This document shows positions 40,649 through 53,840 of a stretch of DNA of 64,000 bases, one piece after another. The DNA comes from Vicugna vicugna. Lineage: Eukaryota. The position numbers and the translations under genes were made by a program. The notes beneath the pieces are model-generated. The model searched no databases. It was not told where the DNA came from and was given only the letters and a program-made list of their open reading frames with translations. The stretch lies in the NCBI GenBank assembly GCA_013265495.1, contig MU058669.1:1-64000 (forward strand), given 5' to 3'. Numbering within the stretch: position 1 is the first letter of the stretch; each line of letters begins with the position of its first letter.

Positions 40649-41945
40649 AAACACCATTACTCAGTGAGCTGTTTTCCCGTTTTTTGTTTATGAGTCTGCA
40701 TTTCAAAAAGTCCCAATAAATGGTATTTTGAAAAAGGAAAAGAACTCAAGCAACAAGCAGTCATGATTCCATCATTATCAGAATAAATCTTTATCCATGG
40801 CAGTCACATTTTACGAAACATCCATTACTCTATTTCATTGATTTGAAAATGCAGGTTTATGAATTTTTTTAATCTTTAAATTTGAGGTGCATCTTAAAAT
40901 CTCTGGAATCCAAGCTCCCATGAAAGACACTATTTTACTTGGCCCTAAGGACAATCCTGGTAGGCAAGCATTGCCAAGATTACAGTGACCACTTTACAGC
41001 TGGGAAAATTGAGGTTCAGAGGTTAGGTGACTAGCCTCAGGTCACAGAGCCAGTCAGTGCAGATTAGCCCTGTCTCCTGATTGCAAGCTGTGTCCACCGT
41101 ATACTCCTGGCTTCCAGGCCTTGTGTTCACACTAACCTGTTCCCATCACCCCCCTAGCCGGCCCCCCAGCAGAGACTTGAGGGAGACCTCAGTTCCCCCA
41201 TCCAGGGTTCCCCAGCCTCAGTCAGAGAGGGGATGAACCCAGTGTGAGGACTTGTGGGAACAGTCCAGCCCCACAGGGGAAGTTTTCAGACCAAAGGATC
41301 CCACTGTCAAGAATGCATCCCATGCAGGAGGCAGTGTGGTAGAGACCAAAGCTGGGCTGGGGATGTGAAGGCAGTATTTCTGCCTCATACCCTCATAAAC
41401 CATACAAGCTAGATCCAGAAGCTTCCCACCTAGGGTCCTCATTCTCTGGAATTACAAATGTCCTAGTTCTCATATTTCAGAAGGACCAAATGAAAATCAA
41501 ATATTGGCTCTAGATAAGACCTCAGAGACAGGCTAAAACACCATATGTCTTCGCTTTGCCTAAACTTACATCAGCTCAGCGGTACTGCCAGGGTTTGTTC
41601 CTGCTGACCAGACAACACTGATTGGTTGTGATAGGGCCCCAATTAACATACAAGGGGAAAAACAAATTAACGACTTCTTATGTAACAGGTACAGCTTGGC
41701 AGACAAAAGTTTTTCAAAACGAGGGGTGTGATGGGGGACACTAATAAAAGGGGCAAGCTGACATGAAGTTTGAGCTCCTCATTTTCCCAGATGGGACACG
41801 TGAGGTTCAGAGAGCTGGGGTGACTTGCTCAAGGTCACATAACAGGGCTGGAACCAGCACCCGAGTTTTCTGCCCCTCGGGACAGGCATCTTCCCACCAC
41901 ACCCTGTGTGCTGAGGTTCAAGAAGGCCAGAGCGGCAGGACTCAC

Positions 41946-42130
41946 CAGGGTTGCTGAAGGGGGTCAGGACAGGGAAATGGCTTCTCCCTGGCACCTGTTG
42001 GCTCCTTCCTGGCGGGCAGCTGCCAAGGCCACGCTGCCTTTCCTCCCTGGGCGTCGGCCAGGGCAGCTAGGCATGAGAGCGCTGGGTAAGGTGGAGGCGG
42101 CCTCCCTGAAGAAAGCGCCCCCCAGGACAT
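41946..42130 (-). pseudogene. LARP1: Frameshifted homologue of the LARP1 alternative first coding exon (N-terminus of the shorter human isoform)
   Basis: Segments across three frames read MSWGALSSGRPPPPYPAL / MPSCPGRRPGRKGSVALAAA / RKEPTGAREKP / FPVLTPFSNP. They are colinear with the human isoform start as recalled (MLWRVLLSKRPPFPHPEL..IPSCPGRLPGRKNSVALAAAPRKEPTGDREKPLPFPVLAPFSNP) and end at a consensus donor CTG|GTGAGT (41946/41945). Confidence 0.85.
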
Positions 42131-42375
42131 GGAGTGACCGGGCCTGGGGTCACGGCGTGGCCACGGAGGGCGTAGCTACAGCTAGCGTGTACAGTTGCCT
42201 CCTGGCATCCGCCCGGGAGCTCTCCAGGTGGCAGGGCTGGTTTTCCTGCCAGTTGCTGGGTGCCTTTAAGAGAACGATGGCAGTTCATTGGCTGAGCAAG
42301 GCTCCCCCTACCTCTTCACCTGAGCAGGTGAGGGCTGTTCGGCTATGGGCAGAATGGGGAGTAAACAAACTGTGG
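42131..42375 (-). promoter_or_regulatory. 5' UTR and promoter of the LARP1 alternative first exon
   Basis: Local CpG enrichment; on the minus strand CCAAT at 42287-42291 and TATA-like CTTAAAG at 42264-42270; forkhead-type GTAAACA at 42361-42367. Confidence 0.5.
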
Positions 42376-43099
42376 CAACCAGCTGGCTCTCCCCTCCTCC
42401 ACAGCCCTGGTCCTGGCTTCCTTCCTCTTCCTCCTTTCCCACCCACAACTCTGGGAACGACCTGGGAGTAAAGAAAGGGCAAAACATTCTGCAACATGCT
42501 TAGTGCTGTTCAGTTTAGGAAGCTTCATTATTTCACAGTCACCCTAGACCAGAGTTAACAGTACGCCTGCTCTTTCAGATGGAAAACCTGTGCTTGGAGA
42601 GGTGAAACAGATCCTTGAGTTCACCGGGCTCTTGGAAGGAATGCTAATAGAGTAGGATGCTGTCAGGACCCAACCCTGAGTGCCCTGCCTTTGACTTCCC
42701 CATACAGTGGAATTGCAAGGCAAAGGCTCTGAGCAGGTGTGTTTGGAAAAAAGAAAGAAAGGCACTGTAGCTACAGTCTAATCCCCACCCCACCCTTGTT
42801 TAATAGATAAGGAAATGATGCAGAGAGATGACTTGCTCAAAGTCCCCTCCTGCAAATCTCTCCTTTCTTTTCTTTATCCTCATGTATTAGGGGCGGAAAC
42901 TGAAGTCTGGAGCTCACCAGCATACGTGGATTACCAACGCAGCGATCATCCCATTAGCCTACGTTGCTATAACCTCCTGTTTCTCCACTCTCTAGACACC
43001 TGTTTACTCCCGGAGGGCAAAAACTATGATTTCTAAGAGCTGATCACACTGAAGAACCAAATCCTGACCAACAGGATACAGTAAGGACCTTCCTACGAA

Positions 43100-45560
43100 G
43101 TTGAAAGCTGAAGGTCCTTTCAACTTTCATTGTCAGAATTTTTCACTCTAATATTTAAACAGAGCTGCCTGTTTTCAGTCATCATATTGTTAGTAGTAGC
43201 ATTGGAATTGTTGTTCTGAGACTGTTGGATGGGTAGTGTGGCATAAAACAAGTGAGTTATTACGTTGCTGGTGTTGAGAACCAGGACTTGATGTCAGAGA
43301 AAGGAAATACAAATGAAAGATGAAAGGGGTTAAGTGAAAACCCTATAATTCTGGATTTGAAATGGAAGTTTCAGTGTGAATTTCTGATACAGCTGATCTG
43401 AAAACAGACATCATATTCCCTACCTCTGCCTACTGTTTTCACATCTACAAAGCCCAACACTTTAAGAAGCACCTTTACTGCCTAGACCGCGGTCTCTAAA
43501 TACTATTTCTCACTAAAAGGAACCAGAGCTCCTCAAAAAAAAAATAATAATAATACACAGAAACAAACTCACATAGAATACAGACTTGCAGTTGCCAGAG
43601 GGGAGGGGGGTGGGAATGGATAAACTGGGAGTTTGAGATTTGCAGATACTGACTGGTATATGTAAAACACATAAACAAATCTATACCGTATAGCACAGGG
43701 AAATATATTCTATATCTTATAGTAGCTCATGGTGAAAAAGAATATGAAAATGAATATACGTACATTCAAGTATGACTGAAGCATTGTGCTGTGCACCAGA
43801 AATTGACACAACATTGTAAACTGACTATACTTCAATTAGAAAAAATAAGAATACATAGCTAATACCAGCTTTGGGACAAAAAACGCACAATATATACTTA
43901 GACTATCTTTTAATGCCAAAAATCAAGGAAGCTAATCATGGCAAAGAGACACAGGAAGCAATGGAAAAGTCTCCCATTGGCCAAATTCAGGACAATTTGA
44001 GCATCAGTAAATAAGTACAATGAGTTGGAAAACATCAGATATATTTTAATCCACGAGTTCACAGTGATATTTTTAAAACAAACAAAAAAACCTCAGTGAT
44101 CATCTTCAGAAGATATTAAGAAATCACTTCATTATTTTGAAAACTGGTAAATAAAGGGACATAATTAAGTATTTATTCTGTCTTTCCTGTAAGAACTATG
44201 CCACAGGCCACCAGAGATTAAAAGAGAGGAAGCCGCTCTTTACATAAGCATTCCCACAAATAAAATGAAAAGGGAATGGAGGCCTGACTCGGAATATCAT
44301 CATTTGTTATGAATTAGTTGATCTAACTCAAAATATTACAAACAAGAAACAACCAGACAAAATGGGCCTTCTGATGGAATTAAATACCACCTCTTATGAA
44401 GAAATCATGCCTCCAAAGTCAAGCAGAAGTCTGATCAAGCCTTTCGACTCAGGGGTGGGCAAACAGTCTTTCTAAAGGGCCAGGTAACAAATATTTTAAA
44501 CTTTACAGTTATATAGTCTGTAGTCTCTGTTGTAGCTGTTCAACTCTGCTGTTGCAGCACAGAGAGCAACCATAGGCAAGAACTAAACAGACGGGCATGC
44601 TGTGCTCCAACAAAATTCTGTATACAAACAAGAGCAGGGGCTAGATTTGGCTCATGGACCATAGTATGTCAATCATGTTCTTGAGCTCACTTCCAGTTTA
44701 CAGGAAATAACAGGGACTGAGGAACACGGGAAATGACACCACACAGAGCCGCAATAAGCAAAAGCTAAACTAGGGAAAAGTCTAACAGAAAAATCAATCT
44801 GATTTCTTTAATAAACATCAAGATACTGAAAAAGAGAGAGAGACAGATGAGGGAGGTAACTACAGACTAAAAGAAACTTAAGAACTATTAACCAATCACA
44901 ATGTATGGACCTTGTTTGAATCCCAATTCAAACCAATATAAAGAACAAAATTATACTGTAATTGGAGAAACATGAACACTGACTCAAGTATTTGATAATA
45001 TTAAGGAATTCCTCTTGACATTTGGTGCCATATGATGATGTACTGTGGTTATATTTTAAAAGAGGAGTTCTGATCTTTCATAGAGATATCTGCTGAAATA
45101 TTTACATATGAACTGTATGATATTTGGGATTTGGTTAAAACTAATGAGTGGTGGAATATAAAGGGAACAAAGTTGGTAAGGAGTCAGTAATTGTTGAAGG
45201 TGGATGACAGGTTCAGTAGAAGTTCATGATACTATCCTTTCTACTATTGTGTAAATACTTGAAAATTTCCACTATGAAAAGTTAAAATATGTTTATATAA
45301 TTTCACACCCAACCACTTGACAAAATTTTAAAAATCTGACAAAGTCTAATTTTGGAAGGATATGGGAAAGGGTAGCTCTTACAGACGGTGGGAAAGTAAA
45401 TTCCTACAACTTTGACAGGCATATGTGTACACCCCATGATCTAAAAACCCCACACCTGGATACATACTAAGAGAAACTTGAAAAATGGAAAACAATCAAA
45501 ATGGATAAATTATGGTATCTTCGGATGAAGGGAATCTCTGAAATGTAGAGATACGGAAAT
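43100..45560 (+). mobile_element. Old L1 (L1MC/ME-like) relic carrying a young L1 3' end (~43560-43845) and a MER58A-like element (~44450-44680)
   Basis: L1M 3'-UTR-like blocks; caggggtgggcaaac...aagggccaggtaacaaatatttt...gatttggctcatggaccatagt is MER58-like. Confidence 0.65.
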
Positions 45561-46153
45561 GTCAACTACTTGTGAAGCTGGGAAATGCAGCCCCATCAGG
45601 ACAGCTTCAGCTCAACAGATACTGACCTGCTATCTACTCTGGGCCAGGCCCTCCACTAAGTGCTGGGGATACGGAGGTGATATCCCTTCCAGGGCTCTAG
45701 ATATCAGAGCTACAGGGAGCCTAACATACCACCTAGCCCAAACTACCCATTTCACAGATGCAGAAAATGAGGCCCAGAAAAGTTAACCAACTTGCCAAGG
45801 GCACACAGATGGTTCATGGAAGAACCAGGAACTGAGCCAAGTCTTTGATGCTCAGAGAAACAGGAGATCTTGGAGCCACACATTCTTAACTTGAATCCTG
45901 GCTCTGAAACTCACTAGCTGTGATCTTGGCCAAGTTCTCTAATGTGTCTTTCCTCCGAAGGATAATAATATCTACTTCAGGGGTTGATGTGAGGATTAAA
46001 TGAAATGATATACATAAAGCTCTTGACTCAGTGACTGAAAAGAAATAAGACCTTAATAGATAGGTTATTTACTTTTATTATTGATATAAAGTAAGGCCTT
46101 GGCAAAAGGGCAAAATGCTACATTCTACATTACTCTCAAAATAGTTGACTCCA

Positions 46154-46243
46154 GGGGTGGGTATAGCTCAGTGGTAGAGCACATGCTTAGCATGCATGAG
46201 GTCCTGGGTTCAATCCCCAGTACCACCATTGAAAATAAAAAGG
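46154..46243 (+). mobile_element. Short vic-1-type SINE (tRNA-Ala-like head plus A-rich tail)
   Basis: A box tagctcagtggt and B box ggttcaatcc are intact; the cctaattacc tail module is absent. Confidence 0.85.
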
Positions 46244-48159
46244 TTAATCTCACATTTCTTAGAGCTGGTATGGCCAAGGCTCTGAACCAAGTTGAGGGCT
46301 TGTCCCAAGTTAGCTGCTTCCTATTTCAGGCCCCTCCCCGCATGTAAGAGAATTTTCCCCACCCTCCCACTCTGCTGACTATCTCTGCCCTCTAAGAGCC
46401 TTGCCAATAGCACAGATCTGTACTCTGTGGGGATTCTGCTCCACTACTCTGAGCCTCAGCTCCCTATAAATTGACAATAATAGCAGAACCCTGAGGATTA
46501 AATGAACTAATGCCAAGTATATAGTAAGCCCTCAATATATGAGAAGTATGATGCTGACAATGCAAGACACCTGTCCCAGGGTGTCAGGCTCAGGAGCTAC
46601 AAAAAAGAATCAACTGCATTTCTCACCCTCTAAGTGCTTCAGTCCAATGGCCACTCCTTCCTTCCCATTTCTACCCATGCTGTCACATTTCAGGCCTGGA
46701 TCAGGGTCCAGGAGGCCAAGTTATTCTGACTGCTTTGCAGGGAGGCTACCAAGCCAAACCTCCTACACCTGAAACCACCCATATGCTCACCTCTGCCGGT
46801 GAGAACCCCATTCCCAGCTCTGCAGAATTGCTGACTATCTCCAGCTGCTGGAGCCAAAGCATCATATGCTCTGAATAATAAAGCCATCCAGAAAGTTCCC
46901 CATGGCAAACTGGGCACCACGCTCCAGCCTGCACCCTCGAGCCAGGCAGCCAGAAATACCAGCCTGTGCTCAAAGCTGAGCTCCCATCCCCAACAGGATG
47001 GAGCCATGGAGTCCAGGGAGTTACAATCTCCATTCCCTTCTCTTTCCTGATGCCTTCTTCTCTCAATGAGACCATATGTATTTTTCACCCAAGACTCTAT
47101 TTTTACAGAGCATAATAAAACATTCTCAGTAGATTCAGTGACCATTTGCCCCGATTTTTTCAAACTTAGAAAGCAAAAGCCATTGAGGGTTAGAGAAAGA
47201 CATGGTAAGACCAATATGAAGGAAAAGGAACCAGTTAAATATTTTTGGTTCACCTGTGGAAGCAGGCGTGGGTGGCATTGTTCTTTCAAGTGGATGTCCA
47301 AGCTGTAAACTTTGCAGGATGAGGGACACAGGATGCGGGTGCAAGGGACTGCTGGTCAGATGGTGTATTTGCTGTGCAGGTAAGCTCCTTAGGGGCAGGG
47401 GCTGAGCCCTATTCCCCACCGCACCCAGCACTCAGCACCAAACACAGTGCCTAGCCCTGAGCAGTCAGTCCAAAAACATCTGTCAAAGGAACAAAGTTGC
47501 TCAGTTAGACAGTCAGCCCAGGGGTTTAAGATGCTTCTATTGCACATTCTCATAACAGCCTGAACACTTCCTTCTCATAACTTATCATACTTGTAATTAA
47601 ATAACTGCATGTGCAATTATTGAACATGTGCGTCCTTGACAAGACTGTCGGCTCCCTGGAGGCAGGACTGCTTCCAGTGTTGTTCATCATATGTACCCTC
47701 AGTGCTTAGAAAGGGATCTGGCATACAGTTGGCACTCAATAAATATTTGTTGAAGGAATAAATGAGCCTTGGTTCTGCCATCAGTGCGCTGTCACCCTGT
47801 TACCCTGGGAAAATGTTTTCCTCTCTAGTCCTCAGGTTTTCCACTTGCATATTAGCGACAGGGCACAATGAATGATTTTCAAGCAACAAAACCCAATCTC
47901 TTAGTTTAGAAAAAAAGTTAAAAATAGAGTTGTTGCTGCGGGCATGCTCTGAGACAGACCCATCTGCATCTCTGGACCTCCACCCATGCAACAGCCCTCC
48001 AAGTGTTCCATGGAACCTTAGGGAGTTCCAGGGGGCAAAGTATGAAAACTATTTAATTCCATGATCTCTAAGGTCCCTAAGCAAACCTGTTTGTCTGCTT
48101 GAGACAATGTAAACATTTCAATTCCTCCTGTCTATCCTTTATTTAGGTCAGTATTTCTC

Positions 48160-48340
48160 GTATTGGCCAGCAGTCCCCTGTCTCAGGGACACCACTGATG
48201 TTTTTATGTAAAATACAGTTTCCGTGGCTCCACCCTAGTCCTGCTAAATCTGAATCTCCAAGGAAGAGGCCAGGAATCAGCATTTTGAACAAGCACCTTC
48301 CTGTCAGTTGATGGTTGTCCACTGAAGTGTTTGGGTTATC
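48160..48340. mobile_element. MER5A-like DNA transposon
   Basis: ctgctaaatctgaatctcc...ccaggaatcagcattttgaacaagc. Confidence 0.6.
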
Positions 48341-48869
48341 CCCAACTAAGTTATTTCCACAGACCCTCATGAGGTATTTTATCCTGGAGCTTTCATTACA
48401 ACTGTGCTTTTTTGAATGACCAGAGTGAGGCCAAAAAAAAAAAAAAAAAAAAAAAAAGCAGGAATAGTCAGAAGAGCCCGGATAAATGAGTCAAGGTTTG
48501 TCAAGTGGGAAGAGATCACAGGGAGCTCTTCAGGGGCCCTTGACAGACAGATCATCCTGGTGGCTCCGTGCTCTGCAATCTCATAGTTTGTATCTGGAAG
48601 AAATCATCTGTGTATTTCTCTATTCTTCTGGAGTGGCATTGGCAACCTCAGGAATTATTTATTGAATTATCAGGTTTCTTATTAGTATATTAATGGATCC
48701 CTGGGAGTTAAAGAGTAAGCATGCCTGTAAGGCTGTCAAGGAAATTCACTGTAGTCTTTGGAAATATGGTAGGTTTTTGTCAACTTCATGGAAAACAGCC
48801 ATTCATTCATTTGTTCATTTTTTTCCACTCAACTAGCTTGACAGATTCATTGGTACATAAATTACTTCC

Positions 48870-49380
48870 TCTTTTTTTTTTCAGCTTTATTGAGATAAAA
48901 TTCTCACACCATACAATTCACCCATTTAAAATGTAAATTCAATTATTTTGATACATTAAGGGTGTACAACCCTCACACAATCAATTTTAGAATATTTTAT
49001 CAACTCAAAAGAATTCTTGTACCCTTTAGCTATCACCTCCCAATCCTCCATGCCCTTAGCCCTAACCAACCACTAATTTACTTTCTATGTCTATGGATTT
49101 GCTTATTCTGGACATTTCATTTAAATGGAATCATACAATTGGTGGTCTTTTGAGACCAACCTCTTTCACTTAGTGTAATGTTTTGAGGTTCATCTACTTT
49201 GTAGACTGTATCAGTACTTCATTCCTTTTATGGCTGAATAATATTCCATTGTATGGATATACCACATTGTGTTTATCAATTCACCAAGTTGATAGACACC
49301 TGGGTTGTTTTCATTCCTTGGCTATTCTGAATAATGCTGCTATTTATATTTGCATACAAGTTTTTGTGTGGACATATTTT
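48870..49380 (-). mobile_element. L1MB-like 3' end
   Basis: cagctttattgagataaaattc...aatggaatcatacaat...aatattccattgtatggatataccaca. Confidence 0.8.
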
Positions 49381-52300
49381 CTTTCCTCTGCTTTTGAAAG
49401 GCTCCTAGTCCAGCAGATGTAGATGCTAAAACAGGTACCTATATAATTACCTGTGCTGGTCAGATGCTGCAAGAGAGGGATGAGGCAACATGTGTGATGG
49501 TTAGAACCACATGTTTCTGCCATTACTAACTAAACGATCTGGGAGGCAAGCTTCTTCATCTTTCTGTGTCAGTTTTCTCATGTGTAAAATGGTATCAATA
49601 TTTTCCTGACCTTATAGGACTGCTGTGAGGATTCCATGAGCAAATGCATGTTAGGGGCTTAGCCCCAAGCCGGGCACATAGTAAGTGCCTGATAAATGTT
49701 TGTCATTATCATTTGCACTCAGGAGATCACTAACAGTAAGTTTACTGATGGACCATGCACTGTAGCAGTAAAGTTTCATTAAACAAATGTTTCTTGAGCA
49801 TTTATTATGAACTTGGCACTGTGAGAGAAATACAGTTGATCCACACCTGGATCCTCCTGCCAGGAGTCTGTAACCTGTAATCTGAATGGCAAGACTCACT
49901 GGCATACATCACCTCCATATACTGTGATGTATTCTTTACTAAAGGCCCCCCAAACTGCTGTGGGAGCCCTGGAGAAGGAACTTTTTTTTTTAAAGATATC
50001 TTTTTATTATGAAAATGTTCAAAAATACAGGAAAGTAGAAAGAATTATAAACTGAATACTTACATATGATCACAAAAATTCAACAACTGTCAACATTTTA
50101 CCATATTCACTTTATCTTACTATATGCCAAATTTGTGGCTGAACCATTTTAAAGTTAACTACAGATATTCTAACACTTCAGCCCTAAACACTTCAACACG
50201 CATTTCCAAAAAATAAAGATTCTCCTCCATAACCACAATACTCTTACCATACCTCACAAAACTAATAACTGCCTTATATCATCTAATCCCCAGTTCACAG
50301 TCAGATTTCCACCACTGTCTAAAAACACAGTCTTTACAGCTTTTTTAAAAAAAAAGAACCAAGATATAATCAGGAATCACATCTTACACTTAAATGTTAT
50401 ATTCTAGGATCTCTTTAAATATAGAACCTCCTCCCCCACTACGTTTGCTTTGGTTTTATTTTCACATTGTCGACTTTTAAGAGATCACATCAGTGGTCTT
50501 ATAAAGGATTCCGCATTCTGGACTTGTCTGATTGCTTCTCTGTGGGTTATGTAATGTGTTCCGCTATTCCCTGAAATTCTGGTAAACTGAAGCCAGCTCT
50601 AAACACCTGATGAGGTTCAGGCTCAGTATTTTTGGCAGGACCCAAAATAGGTGGAGCTGGGTAGTCTACTGCATCCTACTGAGAGGTACCACCGCTGGTG
50701 ACCCAAAGCACGACCCCTGGGTTAAAATGGTGACATTTTAACCCAGGAGGAGGAAGGAAGTGGGAAGAAGGGAAACGTCTTCACAGGCAATGGCATCTAA
50801 GCAGGGCTTGAAAGGGTGTGTAGGAGCCTACTGGGTGGAGAAAAGGGAAGGGGAAGGACCTTCCAGGTACAGAGGCACAGTGTTGGGAAAGAGAGCGCTG
50901 AGCTTCAGGAAGTAGGAGGTGGTAGCCAAACGTGGTTACTTGTTATAACAATAACAGCAGGCACTTAACGTCTATTAGAGTTTACTATGTTCCAGGAACT
51001 ATGCTAAGTGATTCATTTAATTCCTCACACAGTCCTATGGAACAGATGTTGCTGCTCCCCTTTTAAGGGTGTGGAAATCACGATTTAGTGATAGGTGGTA
51101 ACTTGCCAAAGGTCGTAAAGCCAGGAATAGGCAGACTCCGGATTTGAATCCAGGGGCTTGACTCCTGAGCCTCTGCTTTTAAAAGCACAAAGCTCTATGT
51201 TACGGTGACAGGACAAAAGAGTTGGAGAGGCAGGTTGGGGGTAGGTGGAAGAAGGCCTTCTCTGCCATTCTGAGGAGTCTAGGTGTTATTCCCAGGGCAG
51301 TGGGGAGCCAGCGAAGGTTTCTTCATAGGGGCGGGCATGGCTGTGCCTGAGAATGGGCACGGCTGCCCGGTGAAGGCAGAGTGGAGAGCTGCGGGGGTGA
51401 GCTGTTAGACGCATGGCTGCTTGTCCCTCCAGGGAAGTTGGGCCCTTTGCACTGCCGGGACAGAGAACAGGTTGGGGAGGGAGTTGGGGGGAGGGCTAGG
51501 TTCCTCCTCCAACTAGACTAGCCAAGAGTCCTGCCCTGCACAGTGCACAGACACTGGATGTTCCACAAGAGCAGGGTGGGTGCTGCACCCACAGACACCC
51601 TCACCGTGCAAACAGCTCCAGTTTCTACCAAGTCAACCCTAAGGTCCAGTATCCTGTTGGCCAGATGGCGCTGGGATGTGAGCTGCAAAGACCAGGTGAA
51701 AGGATCAGCTTTAACCCGAGACCCAGAGAGGGAAAGTGACTGGCCCGAGATCACACAGTCAAATCGTGGCAGAGGCAGGACTAGAACTCAGGTCATGCCT
51801 CTTGATTCCAAGCCCGCTATTCTTTCAGGATGGACTTTATTTCAGAATCAAAGAGGAATCAGAATCAAAGAGGAATCAAGACACAATCACTGGCCGTGGG
51901 ATGCCAACTGCTCTGGGAAATCCTTCATTTTTTTTTTTTCCACTAATAATTTCCCACATTGAGAATCCTCTTGGAGGGCTACAGGCACCCTTCCTGGCTG
52001 GCTGTTGCCACCACACAGCGCCTGAGTCAGCACGTCTCGCACAACTGGTCAGCTCCAAGTAGCGGGGGCAGTACAAAGCCTGGGCCTGGCTGCTCACCCT
52101 TCAGCCTTCAGGCAGAGAGGGTGCATGGGTAGAATGCAGGAACGGCTCTGGGATGCCTGCGTTCAAAACTCTGCCCTGGTACTCACTAGCTGTGCAGCCT
52201 TGAGCCTGTCACTCCCCCTCTCTGTGCTTCTGTTTCTTCATTTTTAGATCGATGAAAATAGCAGTGCTTCATACAGTTGGATGTGAGGATTAAATACCAT

Positions 52301-53619
52301 AAACAGTGTCAAAGGGCTTAGTAAGGCTTACCTCAAGATAAAGGCTGGTATTACCATTCCCTTGGGGATCAGAAGGCTTGGGTGCCTGCCATTAACTTAT
52401 CTATTTATTGGACAAACCTTTCAGATGCTGCATAAAATCTGCTTCTTCCACGAAGTACACCTGGATTAACTGTGCTCAGTTTAAAGCCTCCTTGATTCCC
52501 AGAATTTAAAGCATAGCTGGCATTATCTAAACTAACTGTAATGGGGGTGGAGGAAGGCAGATTGTGGTTGCCTCCCCACCGCCCCCCAGCACAAAGCCTG
52601 GCTCAGAAGGCCCGGGGTTGTACTCCAGGCCCGAGCTAGCTGCTGGCTAATTAGTTTGGGGTAAATCACTTCATCTCTGTGATAGTTTCTTCGATAAAAT
52701 AAGGGTGATAATACCTGTTTTGCAAGCTGATAAAAGTCAGATTCCTGACTATACTTTGAAAAGGGAAGGAAACAGGCAAAATGTTTTTTCCAAAGCATAT
52801 TTAATAAATCAGGAAAGTGATGCTAATATACTGGGTTTATTTTTCTTTTCTAAATTTTATCTTATTTAAAAAGTTCAACAAGAAGATGCATTAATATATT
52901 CTCATGGTAAAAGATTCATAGCATAGTATTAATCAAAAAAGGGCAAGCTCTGCATATGAAATGTGACCCCAACTTTGTTAAAAAAAAAACCCATAAATAC
53001 ACTGAAAAAAAACACACATAAGGAAATCCACCAACATGTTAACAGTCAGTAGGATTACAGATTATTATCTTCATTTTATTATCCTATATTTTACTTTTTT
53101 TTTCTAATAAGGATGTATTATTTTTATAAACAGAAGAAAATTACAACTAAAGAAAAATAAACAAAACCACAAGCTTTCTAAAGGGGCCATCACTTTCTGG
53201 TTCCAAACAATTGCTGCCTGGTGGGATCTCCCAATTTTCCAAGAGAATCCAGAAATCTGGATCTTTTTGTGAAATCTCTTGATTTTTAAAGATCGGCAGC
53301 TAATTCACAAGACGCATTTGACCAGTCTGCTGATCACAATTTGTGACCTGCTACAGGAACACACTGAACTCTCTTCTTCCTCTGCACCTTTGTTTTTGCT
53401 GTTGCACTGCCAAGAACACCCTACCACTCATGCAGGTTTCACGAACTCTACCTGTTCTATCAGGCCTGGCCGAAACACACCTCTTCTGTGAGCATCCCCA
53501 GATGACCTCAGCTAGAAGTGACACTCCCTCCCGGGGGATGGACCATTTAGTCCCCATCTCATATCATGGTTATTTTGATGAGTCCTATCTCTCCCGGTAG
53601 GCATTGAGCTCCTAAAATA

Positions 53620-53840
53620 CAGCTGACCCCTGAGCCATGCAGGAGTTAGGGGCACCGATCCTCCATTCCTATAGCTGAAAATATGCCTGTAACTGTACAG
53701 TCGCCCTCTCTACCTGCAGTTCTGCATCTGTGGATGTTACCAACTGTGGACCATATAGTACTGTAATAGTACTTACTGAAAAAAATTCACATATAAGTAG
53801 AGCCACGCAGCTCAAACCTGTGTTGTCCAAGAATCAACTG
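53620..53840. mobile_element. Tigger2/MER8-like MITE
   Basis: Imperfect terminal inverted repeats cagctgacccctgag / tccaagaatcaactg; TA at the left flank. Confidence 0.75.

Noticed and set aside
46154..46228. tRNA-Ala(AGC) gene
   Set aside because: The acceptor stem needs a bulge, there is an A-rich tail instead of a T-run terminator, and many related SINE copies occur in the window.
46690..47431. 203-aa ORF and nearby donor-like sites (47254 on minus, ~47380 on plus)
   Set aside because: No recognisable homology and no matching acceptor; cannot be supported as an exon from sequence alone.
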